Positions 17,554 to 27,516 of a DNA stretch of 64,000 nt are shown here, piece after piece. The stretch spans positions 341,469 through 405,468 of the forward strand of contig CAVPPI010000004.1 in NCBI GenBank assembly GCA_963707365.1. The letters run 5' to 3'. This stretch comes from an uncultured candidate division Zixibacteria bacterium (lineage in GTDB: Bacteria > Zixibacteria > MSB-5A5 > GN15 > FEB-12). The notes under the pieces were generated by a model, which did not search any database, was not told the origin of the DNA, and worked only from the letters and a program-made list of their open reading frames with translations. The position numbers were made by a program, and so were the translations under genes. The first letter of the stretch is position 1, and every line of letters starts with the position of its first letter.

Positions 17554-18867
17554 TTATAGTTGTCCAGCCGAATCAGCGCCGGCAGTGGGCTCGATTCTGT
17601 AAACCGTTCCCATTAAGTCAACTATATAGATATCGCCGCCGGCATCTTCTCCGAACGAGGCGAGGGCCAGCGATCTTATGCCAAGCTTGTCGCTGATTTG
17701 ATCCACCGCGACGCTGTCGCCGGTGAGGCTCATTGACCATATTTGCCCGGAGCAGAAGTCACCGAAAAGATACTCGCCGTACAACCGGGGTATTTTGTTG
17801 CCACGGTATACGTAACCGCCAGTCACGGAGCATGGCGACGACGGGTCGGAATGCAGGTATTCGAATACGGGGTCGGTAAGAGTTCCAGCGGGGTCACAAT
17901 TTTGTGACGGATTAAAGCAGCGGGTGCCTTCTTTCAGGCGCCAGCCATAGTTTTCTCCGCCGGTGCTGGAGGCTGAAGTGAAGTTGATTTCTTCGACCTG
18001 GTTCTGCCCGACATCTGCTATCCACAGATCGCCCGTTTCGCGGTCGAAGCTATATCGCCAGGGGTTTCTCAGTCCAAAGGCCCATATTTCCGGCAAGGTG
18101 TCTTGACTTGCGGCATATGGATTGTTGGCGGGAATGGCATAGGGAGTGGCGGAATCTATGTCGATTCTCAGCATCTTTCCCAGCATAGACCGCGGATTTT
18201 GTGCCCGGTTCTCCGGGTCACCGCCCGAACCGCCATCGCCGAGTCCTATGTACAAATAGCCGTCGGTGGGCCCGAAGGCGAGCATGCCCGCATTGTGATT
18301 GGAGTATGGCTGCGGAACTGTCAGGACTATCGCTTCGCTTGAGACAATTGCCGCTTCCGGATTATCGGAAACTCGGAATCGCGAGATTGTCGTGCTGCCG
18401 GCGAGGTTGGTGTAATTGACGAAAAACAATCCGTTATTCGAGTAATTAGGATGAAAAGCAAGGCCGAGCAAACCTCGCTCACTTGCGGACGAATTGACCC
18501 GATCCGTTATGTCCAGAAACGGCGAGGGCAAAATCTGACCATCGCGAAGAATTTTTATTTTGCCGGATTTCTCGATTATAAAGAGACGCGATGAGTCAGC
18601 GGGGGGAGAGCACACATAAAGAGGCTGTGAGAGTCCGCTCGCTACTACGGTTGCGGTGATCGTTCCAACAGGCGACTCCGTTGGGGATGGGATAGAGCTG
18701 ACATTGGACTTGTTGTCATCGGTTGTACATCCGCTGACGACAACTAACAACAGACTCAGCAGAATCCCGGCTCTGGCGATGTGTTTGAGGGCGGCGCGTG
18801 ACAGATTTGTTCTAGTTATGAAAGGCATACTATCTAAACAAGCAAAAGTGTCGAAAGTTTCCTCCAA
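17554..18867 (-). CDS. PQQ-dependent sugar dehydrogenase (soluble glucose/sorbosone dehydrogenase family), lipoprotein
   Basis: Lipobox VVVSGC. GLLGLAFHPNYSNNGLFFVNYT, HNAGMLAFGPTDGYLYIGLGDGG and RNPWRYSFD are typical beta-propeller GSDH motifs. Confidence 0.85.
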   Translation of the reverse strand: MEETFDTFACLDSMPFITRTNLSRAALKHIARAGILLSLLLVVVSGCTTDDNKSNVSSIPSPTESPVGTITATVVASGLSQPLYVCSPPADSSRLFIIEKSGKIKILRDGQILPSPFLDITDRVNSSASERGLLGLAFHPNYSNNGLFFVNYTNLAGSTTISRFRVSDNPEAAIVSSEAIVLTVPQPYSNHNAGMLAFGPTDGYLYIGLGDGGSGGDPENRAQNPRSMLGKMLRIDIDSATPYAIPANNPYAASQDTLPEIWAFGLRNPWRYSFDRETGDLWIADVGQNQVEEINFTSASSTGGENYGWRLKEGTRCFNPSQNCDPAGTLTDPVFEYLHSDPSSPCSVTGGYVYRGNKIPRLYGEYLFGDFCSGQIWSMSLTGDSVAVDQISDKLGIRSLALASFGEDAGGDIYIVDLMGTVYRIEPTAGADSAGQL

Positions 18868-18934
18868 CAGAACCTCCTCGTGGGTATCGCAAAAAGATTC
18901 AAGAAGTTTTCGTACTGACCTGCCTGGTAGTGCG

Positions 18935-20296
18935 TTAGGCGTCGAATATTTTCCCCGGGTTGAGGATGGAGTTGGGGTCGAACTGGCGTTTGATTTTTCG
19001 CATTAAATCGACCGAGTTGCCGTGCTCCAATTCGAACAGGTTCTTATGGCCGAGGCCAATACCGTGTTCGCCGGAAATAGTGCCCTCAAGCTCGATAGTC
19101 TTTTTGATGATAAGGTCGTTCATAGCGATGGCATTGCTCCACTCCTGAGGATCTTCCTTACGGGCCAGGATGAGTGCATGGAGCAAGCCGAGCCCGACAT
19201 GGCCGAAGGTGTGGACCATTATCCCGTGCTTTTCTGCAAGCTGGTGGCAGTACTCGACCATTTCCGGCAGCTTTGAGATAGGGAAGGCCACATCGTTCCT
19301 CAGGATAGTGTACCCCGGGCGGCGATATTTGATAGCATCGGTAGCGTAGTGACGAATTTCCCACGGTCGCTGACCATCGGACAGTTCCAACGGCTGCCCC
19401 CCCAATTCTTCGCAGATCGATGTTGCCAGTTCATTATTTGACTGCAGAACTGCCTCCGGGCCGTGAAACTCGAGAAACAGCGCCGGGACTTCCTCCAAGC
19501 CGTATTCCTTGAGCATGTTGAGGGCTTCCATAACTTTTCTATCGAGAAATTCGATAGCGGCTATATCGAGTCCGTATTTGCGCATTTCGGAAACGGCTCT
19601 GGCGGCGTTGACTTCGGAGTCGAATTTAAAGGCGTTCTGAAGGCGACCTTCCGGAAGTCCGGCCAGTCGGATCGTTACCGTTGAAATAATCGCGAGCGTA
19701 CCTTCGGAACCCGCGACAAGATCGACGAGATTGTAACCGCTGGAGCGTTTGACCGCCCTGTTGCCGAGTTTCATTATCTCACCGGTCCCGGTTATTATTT
19801 CGAGTTCCAGTACGTATTCTCTGGTTCCACCGTATTTGACCGAATAGATGCCGCTGGCGTTAGTGGCCACCATACCGCCTACCGTTGCGATATCGCCGGA
19901 ACCGCCGGGCGATGGCGGGAAGAACAACCCCTCGCGTTTGAGATATTCGTTGAGATGATCATAGATTATGCCCGGTTGTACTTTGACCTGAAGGTCATCG
20001 GGCCAGAAGTCCAGTATTTCGGTCATGCGGCTGAGATCGAGCACGACACCGTTGGCCGATGGAATGGTAGAGCCTTCGAGAGCACTTCCTGCCCCGCGAG
20101 TTGTAATTGGAACGTTGGCTTCGCAGCAGAGTTTCACCACCCGGCTGATTTCGTCAGCGCTCATGGCCCAGACGATTGCCTGCGGCGTAACACCGTCGAG
20201 CGTCGACTCATCGCGGGAGGCTACCGCGAGCTGGTCGGGATGGGTCGAAAACCTGTCGGCAGGGAACAGGCTTTTCAGTCGGTCAACAAAATCCAT
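18935..20296 (-). CDS. FAD-binding oxidoreductase (GlcD / D-lactate dehydrogenase family)
   Basis: FAD_binding_4 pattern ..ITTRGAGSALEGS..VVLDLSRM..GGMVATNASG.. and a C-terminal ..GTISGEHGIGLGHK..DPNSILNPGKIF. Confidence 0.9.
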   Translation of the reverse strand: MDFVDRLKSLFPADRFSTHPDQLAVASRDESTLDGVTPQAIVWAMSADEISRVVKLCCEANVPITTRGAGSALEGSTIPSANGVVLDLSRMTEILDFWPDDLQVKVQPGIIYDHLNEYLKREGLFFPPSPGGSGDIATVGGMVATNASGIYSVKYGGTREYVLELEIITGTGEIMKLGNRAVKRSSGYNLVDLVAGSEGTLAIISTVTIRLAGLPEGRLQNAFKFDSEVNAARAVSEMRKYGLDIAAIEFLDRKVMEALNMLKEYGLEEVPALFLEFHGPEAVLQSNNELATSICEELGGQPLELSDGQRPWEIRHYATDAIKYRRPGYTILRNDVAFPISKLPEMVEYCHQLAEKHGIMVHTFGHVGLGLLHALILARKEDPQEWSNAIAMNDLIIKKTIELEGTISGEHGIGLGHKNLFELEHGNSVDLMRKIKRQFDPNSILNPGKIFDA

Positions 20297-20307
20297 AGTA
20301 CAGCGGC

Positions 20308-21741
20308 CTAATCGAGGTTTCGCATTGCCCGGAAGAACGGTTCCCAGTCGGCGACTTTTACCGCTTCTTTCTTGAAATTATCTGCGTCCTCGGAGGTAAG
20401 CAATTTTTCATCGACTATTACGACCAGGACATATTCGCCGAACCAGTCATCATACATATACCAGAAACCGTTGTCGCCGGCCTTGGTGCCCCAGCTGTTT
20501 TCCACGCGCCACTTCGATACCGTTCCGGCCGATGTGGTATCGAAGCCGTTTATCACCATGGCATGATTCGGGGAAATCTCTTTAAATGAAATCTTGTCCG
20601 CCTTGGGCAGTTTGAAATCCATACCAAGAGCGGTGCCGTAGTCCAAAATCCCTTCGGCCATTATTGCCGAGTCGCCATAGTTTTGCTGTCCGACATCACA
20701 GGCAAACCAGACAGCCTGGCTGTCGATCAAGGCCTTCTGAGTATACTGCTTCAACTTTTCTGCGGTCAGATTCAGAACGGCGAAGTCAGGGTTTTCGTAA
20801 ACGTTGCGGCTTGCCTCGAGCAGGTATGGCTGGTCGTAATCCAGAGTAGGGTTGTTTACCAGAGCAACGTAATTGGGCAGGCCGTCGGGAAAGAACTCGG
20901 CGAGGAATGATTTGGGAGTATAGTTCTTTTCCACGATTGTCTTCAACGAGTCATCTTTGGCTTCATAGCGAAGCTTAAACTCCTTGGGTGGTTTGCCGTA
21001 GTTGTAGACGAGAAGCTTGTAGATATCAGCCAGCATCTTTTCCTTGGCCTGTCTCAATTGCTTAACGGTTTTGCCGTCCGTGTGCATTTGCCGCAGTTCG
21101 GATGCGTCGTTACGCAGAAGGCTTTTGGCCAGCGAATTAAAGGCTCCGGTAGAAACGGATTGTTTGGTTTCGGGCATAGCCGAGAGCGGGACTATTCCAT
21201 ATTTGTTTACAAGGTCGGTGAAGTAGTGCCACCAGCCACCATCACCTATCATATTGTCGATTTCCATCTGGAGTGACCTGTCGTCGATCGGCCGGTCGCG
21301 CATTTCGATTACGCGTTCCAGGAAGAAATTGGCTTTTTCCAATTTGTCGTAAAACGTGATATACGGTTCGGATAGTTCGAATTTCTCCAAATCAAGCTTT
21401 GCCATGATTGCCGGGGTCAACACATTCACGCCGGCAAACATCCAGCAGCGCCCCGAGCTTTTCTGGTCAACGATGCCTGAACTTTTCAATTTGTGACTGA
21501 AGAGTTTGTCGTGAGCCACCATTTTCTCGCGATTGAGAGCCAGCTCCTTGATGCTGTTGTTGGTGATAGCGTTTATTGTCCGCTGTTGATTACCTTCGGA
21601 ATTGAACTGCTTTTCATATTGCTCAAGCAATGAGCCATCAATGCCGCCGTCTGCGGCCAGGGCATACGGGCAGACCGCGAGGGTCAGGATAAATGTCGCG
21701 ACTAAAGCTTTGCCAATGGTTCTCATCGAATATCCTTTCAT
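20308..21741 (-). CDS. pepC: C1-family cysteine peptidase (aminopeptidase C / bleomycin hydrolase type) with signal peptide
   Basis: Active-site block DQKSSGRCWMFAG, downstream ..NHAMVINGF.. and ..ENSWG.., and N-terminal ..LAVCPYALAADG signal sequence. Confidence 0.85.
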   Translation of the reverse strand: MKGYSMRTIGKALVATFILTLAVCPYALAADGGIDGSLLEQYEKQFNSEGNQQRTINAITNNSIKELALNREKMVAHDKLFSHKLKSSGIVDQKSSGRCWMFAGVNVLTPAIMAKLDLEKFELSEPYITFYDKLEKANFFLERVIEMRDRPIDDRSLQMEIDNMIGDGGWWHYFTDLVNKYGIVPLSAMPETKQSVSTGAFNSLAKSLLRNDASELRQMHTDGKTVKQLRQAKEKMLADIYKLLVYNYGKPPKEFKLRYEAKDDSLKTIVEKNYTPKSFLAEFFPDGLPNYVALVNNPTLDYDQPYLLEASRNVYENPDFAVLNLTAEKLKQYTQKALIDSQAVWFACDVGQQNYGDSAIMAEGILDYGTALGMDFKLPKADKISFKEISPNHAMVINGFDTTSAGTVSKWRVENSWGTKAGDNGFWYMYDDWFGEYVLVVIVDEKLLTSEDADNFKKEAVKVADWEPFFRAMRNLD

Positions 21742-21931
21742 GTAGTTGACCTAAAATACTCTATCCGTCGTAAAAATCAACAAGAGCGTAAGAATTGCCC
21801 CGGTTAAAATTAGGATTTTCCAAAAATAACGCCGTAGGCCGACAAAAAACTTTTCTTTTCTATACAAAATACTCTAAATTACTCACTTCAAAGACAAGGC
21901 ATATGGAAAAACGACGGGAACCCGCGAAAGA

Positions 21932-23365
21932 ATGAGCAAGGAAAAGAAGCATAGAGTCAAGCCGCAACTGTTGAAGGGCTTTCGGGATTACCCCCCGCAG
22001 GAGCAGATAGCCCGCGAGGAGATGATCGGAAAGGTGCGCGAGGTTTTCGAATTGATGGGTTTTCTGCCCCTGCAGACAGCCTCGCTGGAGTTTGCCGAGG
22101 CTCTTCTGGGACCACACTATTCTCAGGATTCTTTGAACGAGCTGTTCGGCTTTACGGGACCGGATGAGGTGGATATGGCCCTGCGCTATGAGTTCACGCT
22201 TTCACTGGCTCGTTATGTGGCTGCCAATCCGGAGTTGCCGCTGCCGTTTCGGAGATATCAGTATGGCAACGTCTGGCGGGTAGATAAACCGGGACCGGGA
22301 CGGTTCCGGGAATTCATGCAGATGGATATCGATATTGTGGGGACTAAAAACCTGCTGGCCGATTCGGAAATCATAGCAGCCATGGTGACGACTTTCGAGC
22401 ACCTCGGGATAAAGAACTTCAAGGTACGGTATTCCACTCGAAAGATTCTTAACGGTCTGATAGAGTTTGTTGGCATTGACCAGGGCAAAGGCCAGGATGT
22501 TATGCGGGTCATAGACAAGCTCGACAAGCAGGGAAGAGAGGCTGTGATTCTGGAATTAGGTCCGGGCAGAATTGACCAGTCGGGCGATAAAATCCCCGGT
22601 CTGGGTCTGGAGAAAGAGCATATCAGTCAGCTCGAACATTTTCTCGATATAGCGCAGACAAAGGGAAGCCCGGTGCTTGATGAAGCTGAGAAGCTTCTTG
22701 GCGACATTGCCAGTTCACAAGAGGGAATCAATGAGTTGCGGCAGATACAGGATTACCTTGGACACATGAAGGTCGATCCGGCAAGAGTAGAAATTGACCT
22801 GACTATCGTTCGCGGGCTGGGTTATTATACCGGTCCGGTTTTTGAAACGAGTTTGCTCGATCTCCCCGAGTTCGGTTCGGTATTTTCGGGCGGGCGGTAC
22901 GATAATCTTGTAGACCGGTTCTCCGGTAAATCGGTGCCGGCCGTGGGATCGTCGATTGGAATCGACCGTCTTCTCGCGGCCCTGATCGAGCTAAAGGCGA
23001 TTAAACTGAAAGATGCAACCTCCCGGGTGTTGGTGACAGTTATGGACAGGGAACGGACCCCGGATTATCTGGACATACTTCGTTTGCTTCGAAGTGAAGG
23101 TATCCCGTCGGAGATTTACTCCGGTGACACCAAGAATCTCACGAAACAAATTCGCTACGGCGACAAAGTCGGTATCCCGTTTGCGGTCATAGCCGGGTCT
23201 GATGAGTTTGAAGCAGGCACGGTGACGGTTAAGAACCTCGAGGCCGGTCGTCAAAAAGCGCTGGAGACATCCGACCGGGAGGAATGGCTGAAGGCCGAAG
23301 AGATTCAGGAAACGATCCCTTATAAAGATCTGGTAGCGTACCTTAAGCAGCATATAGGTATGTAG
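21932..23365 (+). CDS. hisS: histidine--tRNA ligase
   Basis: KGFRDYPP, RFREFMQMDIDIVG (motif 2), GGRYDNLV, and GxGIDRL. Confidence 0.95.
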   Translation: MSKEKKHRVKPQLLKGFRDYPPQEQIAREEMIGKVREVFELMGFLPLQTASLEFAEALLGPHYSQDSLNELFGFTGPDEVDMALRYEFTLSLARYVAANPELPLPFRRYQYGNVWRVDKPGPGRFREFMQMDIDIVGTKNLLADSEIIAAMVTTFEHLGIKNFKVRYSTRKILNGLIEFVGIDQGKGQDVMRVIDKLDKQGREAVILELGPGRIDQSGDKIPGLGLEKEHISQLEHFLDIAQTKGSPVLDEAEKLLGDIASSQEGINELRQIQDYLGHMKVDPARVEIDLTIVRGLGYYTGPVFETSLLDLPEFGSVFSGGRYDNLVDRFSGKSVPAVGSSIGIDRLLAALIELKAIKLKDATSRVLVTVMDRERTPDYLDILRLLRSEGIPSEIYSGDTKNLTKQIRYGDKVGIPFAVIAGSDEFEAGTVTVKNLEAGRQKALETSDREEWLKAEEIQETIPYKDLVAYLKQHIGM

Positions 23366-23433
23366 GCGATTATCTCTTAAGGCATTTTCCGCTAATCGGA
23401 CGGCGGTACAAACTGTATAACAATCTGTAGATT

Positions 23434-24360
23434 ATGTCAGAGAAACACGTATTTGCCGGAATCGATATCGGTGGGACCAACATCAAGTATGGTCTGTTTG
23501 ATTCCGAGGGAAAGGTGCTGTGCAAGGAGCAGCGGCCCACGATGGCGGAGAAAGGCCCGATGCCTCTTATGCATCTGGTTACCAATATCGGTGAGAAGCT
23601 CCTGTATTTTGCGGCCGAGGAAAACCATACGGTGGGTTATATCGGCGTGGGTTCTGCGGGAGCAATTGACCACAAGAAAGGCAAAGTCATCGGGCCAAGT
23701 CCCAATATTGTGGGATGGCAGGGTATGGAGATCGGTCCTATAATGACCGACCGACTCAATCTGCCGGTTTACGTTGACAATGATGTCAACTGTATGGCTT
23801 TAGCAGAGGCTCGCTTCGGAGCCGCTGTTGGAGCAGCCTCAGTTGTCTGCGCTGCCGTAGGTACGGGGGTTGGCGGTGGTCTGATTGTCGACGGTCGATT
23901 GATCCGCGGGGCAACCTCCTCTGCGGGCGAACTGGGACATATGACAATCGACGTTGATGGCCCCAAATGCGCCTGTGGTAATTACGGCTGTGTCGAGGCT
24001 TTCTGTTCGTCACAGGCGATAATTAAGCGGTGTATCGCTAAATTAAAGAACGGGTTAACGCCTATATTTAATGAAGTACTTGAAGGGTCGATTGATAATT
24101 TGAACATAAAGAAGTTGTTCGCTGCGGCTCGCAAGGGAGACGATGCTGCCAATCAGGTTGTTGATGAAACAGCCCGATACCTGGGCGTCGCCCTGGCCGG
24201 CATTGTGAACCTTTTGAATCCCGAGGTCGTAGTGATAGGAGGGGGTATAACCGATGGTGGAGCCGGGTTTGTGACGTCTGTTGCCGATGAGATATCGCAA
24301 GAGAGCGTTTTCCTCGGCAGTCGAAAAACTTGTTGTCGTCAAAGCGGCTCTCGGAAATGA
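23434..24360 (+). CDS. ROK-family sugar kinase (glucokinase-like), C-terminus displaced by a frame break at ~24293..24297
   Basis: GIDIGGTNIKYG, VDNDVNCMALAE, and the zinc motif GHMTIDVDGPKCACGNYGCVEAFCS. The authentic C-terminus RKRAFSSAVEKLVVVKAALGNDAGFMGAGLLGDTKS* reads in the +1 frame and ends at 24406. Confidence 0.85.
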   Translation: MSEKHVFAGIDIGGTNIKYGLFDSEGKVLCKEQRPTMAEKGPMPLMHLVTNIGEKLLYFAAEENHTVGYIGVGSAGAIDHKKGKVIGPSPNIVGWQGMEIGPIMTDRLNLPVYVDNDVNCMALAEARFGAAVGAASVVCAAVGTGVGGGLIVDGRLIRGATSSAGELGHMTIDVDGPKCACGNYGCVEAFCSSQAIIKRCIAKLKNGLTPIFNEVLEGSIDNLNIKKLFAAARKGDDAANQVVDETARYLGVALAGIVNLLNPEVVVIGGGITDGGAGFVTSVADEISQESVFLGSRKTCCRQSGSRK

Positions 24361-24421
24361 CGCCGGCTTTATGGGAGCCGGATTACTTGGAGACACCAAA
24401 AGTTAGGATTGGAAAAACGTA

Positions 24422-24796
24422 ATGTCAGAACAGAAAAAAGTGGGTCCGCTTACTTATAGAATAGCCCTCTGGTATGGGTTCATATTCGCGGCTATTTTCC
24501 TCCTATATGGCGGCGTCAAAATCATTCTGGGGATCCTCGATCGCAACTACGAAGAAATGGCCACCCCCATATTGCTCGCCGTACTCGGACTGATACTGAT
24601 TGCCTTTGCATTTGCCTACAAGGAGCAGAAGGCCTGGGGTTGGTATGGTCTTATCATCATCAATGGCCTGGTTGTAATTTCAGCCGTGCTGGGTATAACG
24701 CGGTACGAGAATATTATTCTCTTGATAGTGTCGGCCGTTGTGTTGTATGCGCTATTCGCTCCGGCCACAAAGCAGTATTTGTTTCGACAGCGCTAA
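24422..24796 (+). CDS. small integral membrane protein, unknown function
   Basis: 124 aa with four hydrophobic helices. No motif recognised. Confidence 0.55.
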   Translation: MSEQKKVGPLTYRIALWYGFIFAAIFLLYGGVKIILGILDRNYEEMATPILLAVLGLILIAFAFAYKEQKAWGWYGLIIINGLVVISAVLGITRYENIILLIVSAVVLYALFAPATKQYLFRQR

Positions 24797-24858
24797 ATTT
24801 GGGTTGACAAAGGTCGATAAGGTCGTAAATTGGCTTCTCAGTCAAATATAATTATCCT

Positions 24859-24931
<73 letters not shown>

Positions 24932-25023
24932 CTTTTTTTTGCCTTTTTTGGCGGCACGCCGGGGAAATCAGTTGTGAATTATATCGAAAATGCGAATATT
25001 CTGTGCGATAACCGGTTTAATAG

Positions 25024-25596
25024 GTGATCCAGTCAGTGAATTGTCTACACACAAAATTCGATGGTGTCTTTATAATAGAACCGCAGGTTTTCACGGATAA
25101 CCGCGGCTTCTTTATGGAATATTATGTCAGGGATAAGTTCCGAAAGCTTGGCATCAAAACAGAGTTCGTTCAGGACAACCACTCGCTGAGTATAAAAAGG
25201 GGCACTGTGAGGGGAATGCATTATCAGATGAATCCTAAAGCTCAGAGCAAGCTGGTCAGGGTTGTCCGGGGTGAGATTGTTAACGTCGTAGTGGACATTC
25301 GAAGGGGCAGCCCTACCTTCGGTCAGTGGTTGAGCGTCGGTCTGTCATCGGAGAACAAACGACAGTTGTTTATCCCCAGGGGTTTTGCCAACGGCTACTG
25401 CACTTTGGCGGAGCAGACCGAAGTCTGCTACAAAGTGGATGAATATTATGCCCCGAATTTTGACAGGGCCTTCAGATGGAACGACTCGCAGGTGGCCATA
25501 GATTGGCCGGTCAACGAGCCGGTCCTTTCCGAGAGGGATCGCAATGCTCCGGCTTTTGCGGATGCAGAGAACAACTTTGAATATGGGGCAGGATGA
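25024..25596 (+). CDS. rfbC: dTDP-4-dehydrorhamnose 3,5-epimerase
   Basis: ..FTDNRGFFMEYY.., ..VRGMHYQ.., ..QSKLVRVVRGEIVNVVVDIR.., ..LFIPRGFANGY.. Confidence 0.92.
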   Translation: MIQSVNCLHTKFDGVFIIEPQVFTDNRGFFMEYYVRDKFRKLGIKTEFVQDNHSLSIKRGTVRGMHYQMNPKAQSKLVRVVRGEIVNVVVDIRRGSPTFGQWLSVGLSSENKRQLFIPRGFANGYCTLAEQTEVCYKVDEYYAPNFDRAFRWNDSQVAIDWPVNEPVLSERDRNAPAFADAENNFEYGAG

Positions 25597-26630
25597 TGGA
25601 GACCGTGCTCGTTACGGGAGCAGGGGGATATATCGGCTCGGTGCTGGTCGGAAAGCTGCTGAACGGCGGCTATCGTGTCAAGGCAGTGGACCGTTACTTT
25701 TTCGGAAAAGACAAACTCAAGCAGCATGAGAATCTCGAAATTATCGTTGAGGACTCCCGTAAGCTCACTGAGAAGCATTTCGAGAACGTTCATCATGTAA
25801 TAGACCTTGTTGCAATCTCCAACGACCCCAGCGCGGAGCTGTTCAGCGAGCAGACCTGGGGCATCAATTACCTCAGCCGGGTCAGCAGTGCCATGCTTGC
25901 GCACAAGGCGGGAGTTCGCAGATACATCCTGCCCTCGAGCGCGAGTATCTATGGCTATCAGGATGAGATTGTCAGCGAAACATCGCCCACCAACCCGCTC
26001 ACCATTTATGCGAAAGCCAATGAGAAGACTGAGCAGGAAGTCCTGGCGTTATCCAACAACGATTTCGTGGTAACGGTGATGAGGCAGGCGACAGTGTTCG
26101 GATACAGCCCGCGCATGCGTTTCGATCTCGCCGTCAACGGAATGACCTATGGATGCTGGAGCACCGGAAAATTGCCGTTGATGCGCGATGGAAGTCAGTA
26201 CCGCCCGATGGTGCACGTGCAGGATACGACCGATGTGATGTTGCTTATGCTTGGCTGTGATGCCTCGCTGGTAAACGGCGAGATATTCAACGTGGGCGGT
26301 GATGAGAACAATTTTCAGATCGAGAAACTCGCCAGACGGGTGGCGGAGACCGTAAAGGAAACAACCGGGCGTGAGGTCGAAATAGAGTGGTACGGTGATC
26401 CGGATTCGCGCAGCTACCGTCTGAGTTTCGAAAAGATCGAAAAGCGTCTCGGATGGAAAGCAAGGGGAACTGTTGAACAGGGAGTTGTCGAGATTGTCGA
26501 TGCTCTTGAGCAGAAGCTGGTCGACAGGACTCCCGACACTATCACGCTGGAGTGGTATAAGAATCTGGTGTACTGGCACAAGATTATTCACGAGGTTGAG
26601 AAGTACGGCGGTATTCTCGACATCGAATAG
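25593..26630 (+). CDS. NAD-dependent epimerase/dehydratase-family (extended SDR) protein
   Basis: Rossmann motif VTGAGGYIGS. It sits where rmlB would be expected but is not a canonical dTDP-glucose 4,6-dehydratase. The active-site stretch reads SSASIYG...YAKAN. Its ATGA overlaps the rfbC stop. Confidence 0.8.
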   Translation: MMETVLVTGAGGYIGSVLVGKLLNGGYRVKAVDRYFFGKDKLKQHENLEIIVEDSRKLTEKHFENVHHVIDLVAISNDPSAELFSEQTWGINYLSRVSSAMLAHKAGVRRYILPSSASIYGYQDEIVSETSPTNPLTIYAKANEKTEQEVLALSNNDFVVTVMRQATVFGYSPRMRFDLAVNGMTYGCWSTGKLPLMRDGSQYRPMVHVQDTTDVMLLMLGCDASLVNGEIFNVGGDENNFQIEKLARRVAETVKETTGREVEIEWYGDPDSRSYRLSFEKIEKRLGWKARGTVEQGVVEIVDALEQKLVDRTPDTITLEWYKNLVYWHKIIHEVEKYGGILDIE

Positions 26631-26638
26631 GTCGTCTT

Positions 26639-27511
26639 ATGAAAGATGTATTGCTGTTGGGGGCAAACGGCCAGCTTGGCCGGGCCATTCAGACAATTTT
26701 TCAACAAGACAAGTTGAGTGTTACGCCAATCACGCGCTCTGAGTTTGATGCTGACACCTCTGATCCGTTCGTCGGCCTTGATGCCCATCGTGAACATCGC
26801 TATCTGATAAACTGTATCGCTTACCACAAAGTTGACCAGTGCGAGGATAACTTTGTCCAGAGCTTCAAAATCAACGCCAATCTGGTGATGAGCCTGGCGA
26901 GGTTCTGCGCTCAAAACGATATGACTTTCGTGCACATCAGCACGGATTATGTCTTTAGCGGCTTTAAGCGTGAGCCGTATGTTGAGACGGACCTGCCTTC
27001 GCCTCTGAATGTTTATGGCGCTTCCAAGCTGGCAGGGGAGAGTCTTGCGGCTGCGTATGCTGACAGATATTTTATCCTGCGGGTTTCGTCGCTGTTCGGT
27101 CACAAAGAGACACCGGACCCCGGTGTCAACTTCGTGGAAAAGATGGTACAAGCTGCTCGCGAGGGTCGGCCACTTAAAGTGATAGACAATCAGGTAATGT
27201 CGCCAACGTATACTCTCGATGTAGCTGCGGCACTGAGTTCGATTATCAAACAGGGAGTCCGCGATTATGGCGTATACCACGCTTGTAACAGCGGCGAATG
27301 CAGCTGGTATGAATATGCAAAAACCATCTTTGAATTGACCGGGCTGAGCAATGACCTGACACCTATATCTTACGACGAGTACCATGCTAAGGCAAGACGG
27401 CCTCAGTTTTGTTCAATGGATAATTCAAAGTTGGCCGGATTTTACAAAATGAGGGCTTGGAGCGAAGCTCTGGCTGATTATCTTAAGGCAAGAGGTTACC
27501 TAAAGGAATAA
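26639..27511 (+). CDS. rfbD: dTDP-4-dehydrorhamnose reductase
   Basis: LLLGANGQLG, ..HISTDYVFSG..PY.E.D.P.PLNVYGASKLAGE.. Confidence 0.92.
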   Translation: MKDVLLLGANGQLGRAIQTIFQQDKLSVTPITRSEFDADTSDPFVGLDAHREHRYLINCIAYHKVDQCEDNFVQSFKINANLVMSLARFCAQNDMTFVHISTDYVFSGFKREPYVETDLPSPLNVYGASKLAGESLAAAYADRYFILRVSSLFGHKETPDPGVNFVEKMVQAAREGRPLKVIDNQVMSPTYTLDVAAALSSIIKQGVRDYGVYHACNSGECSWYEYAKTIFELTGLSNDLTPISYDEYHAKARRPQFCSMDNSKLAGFYKMRAWSEALADYLKARGYLKE

Positions 27512-27516
27512 GCAGT

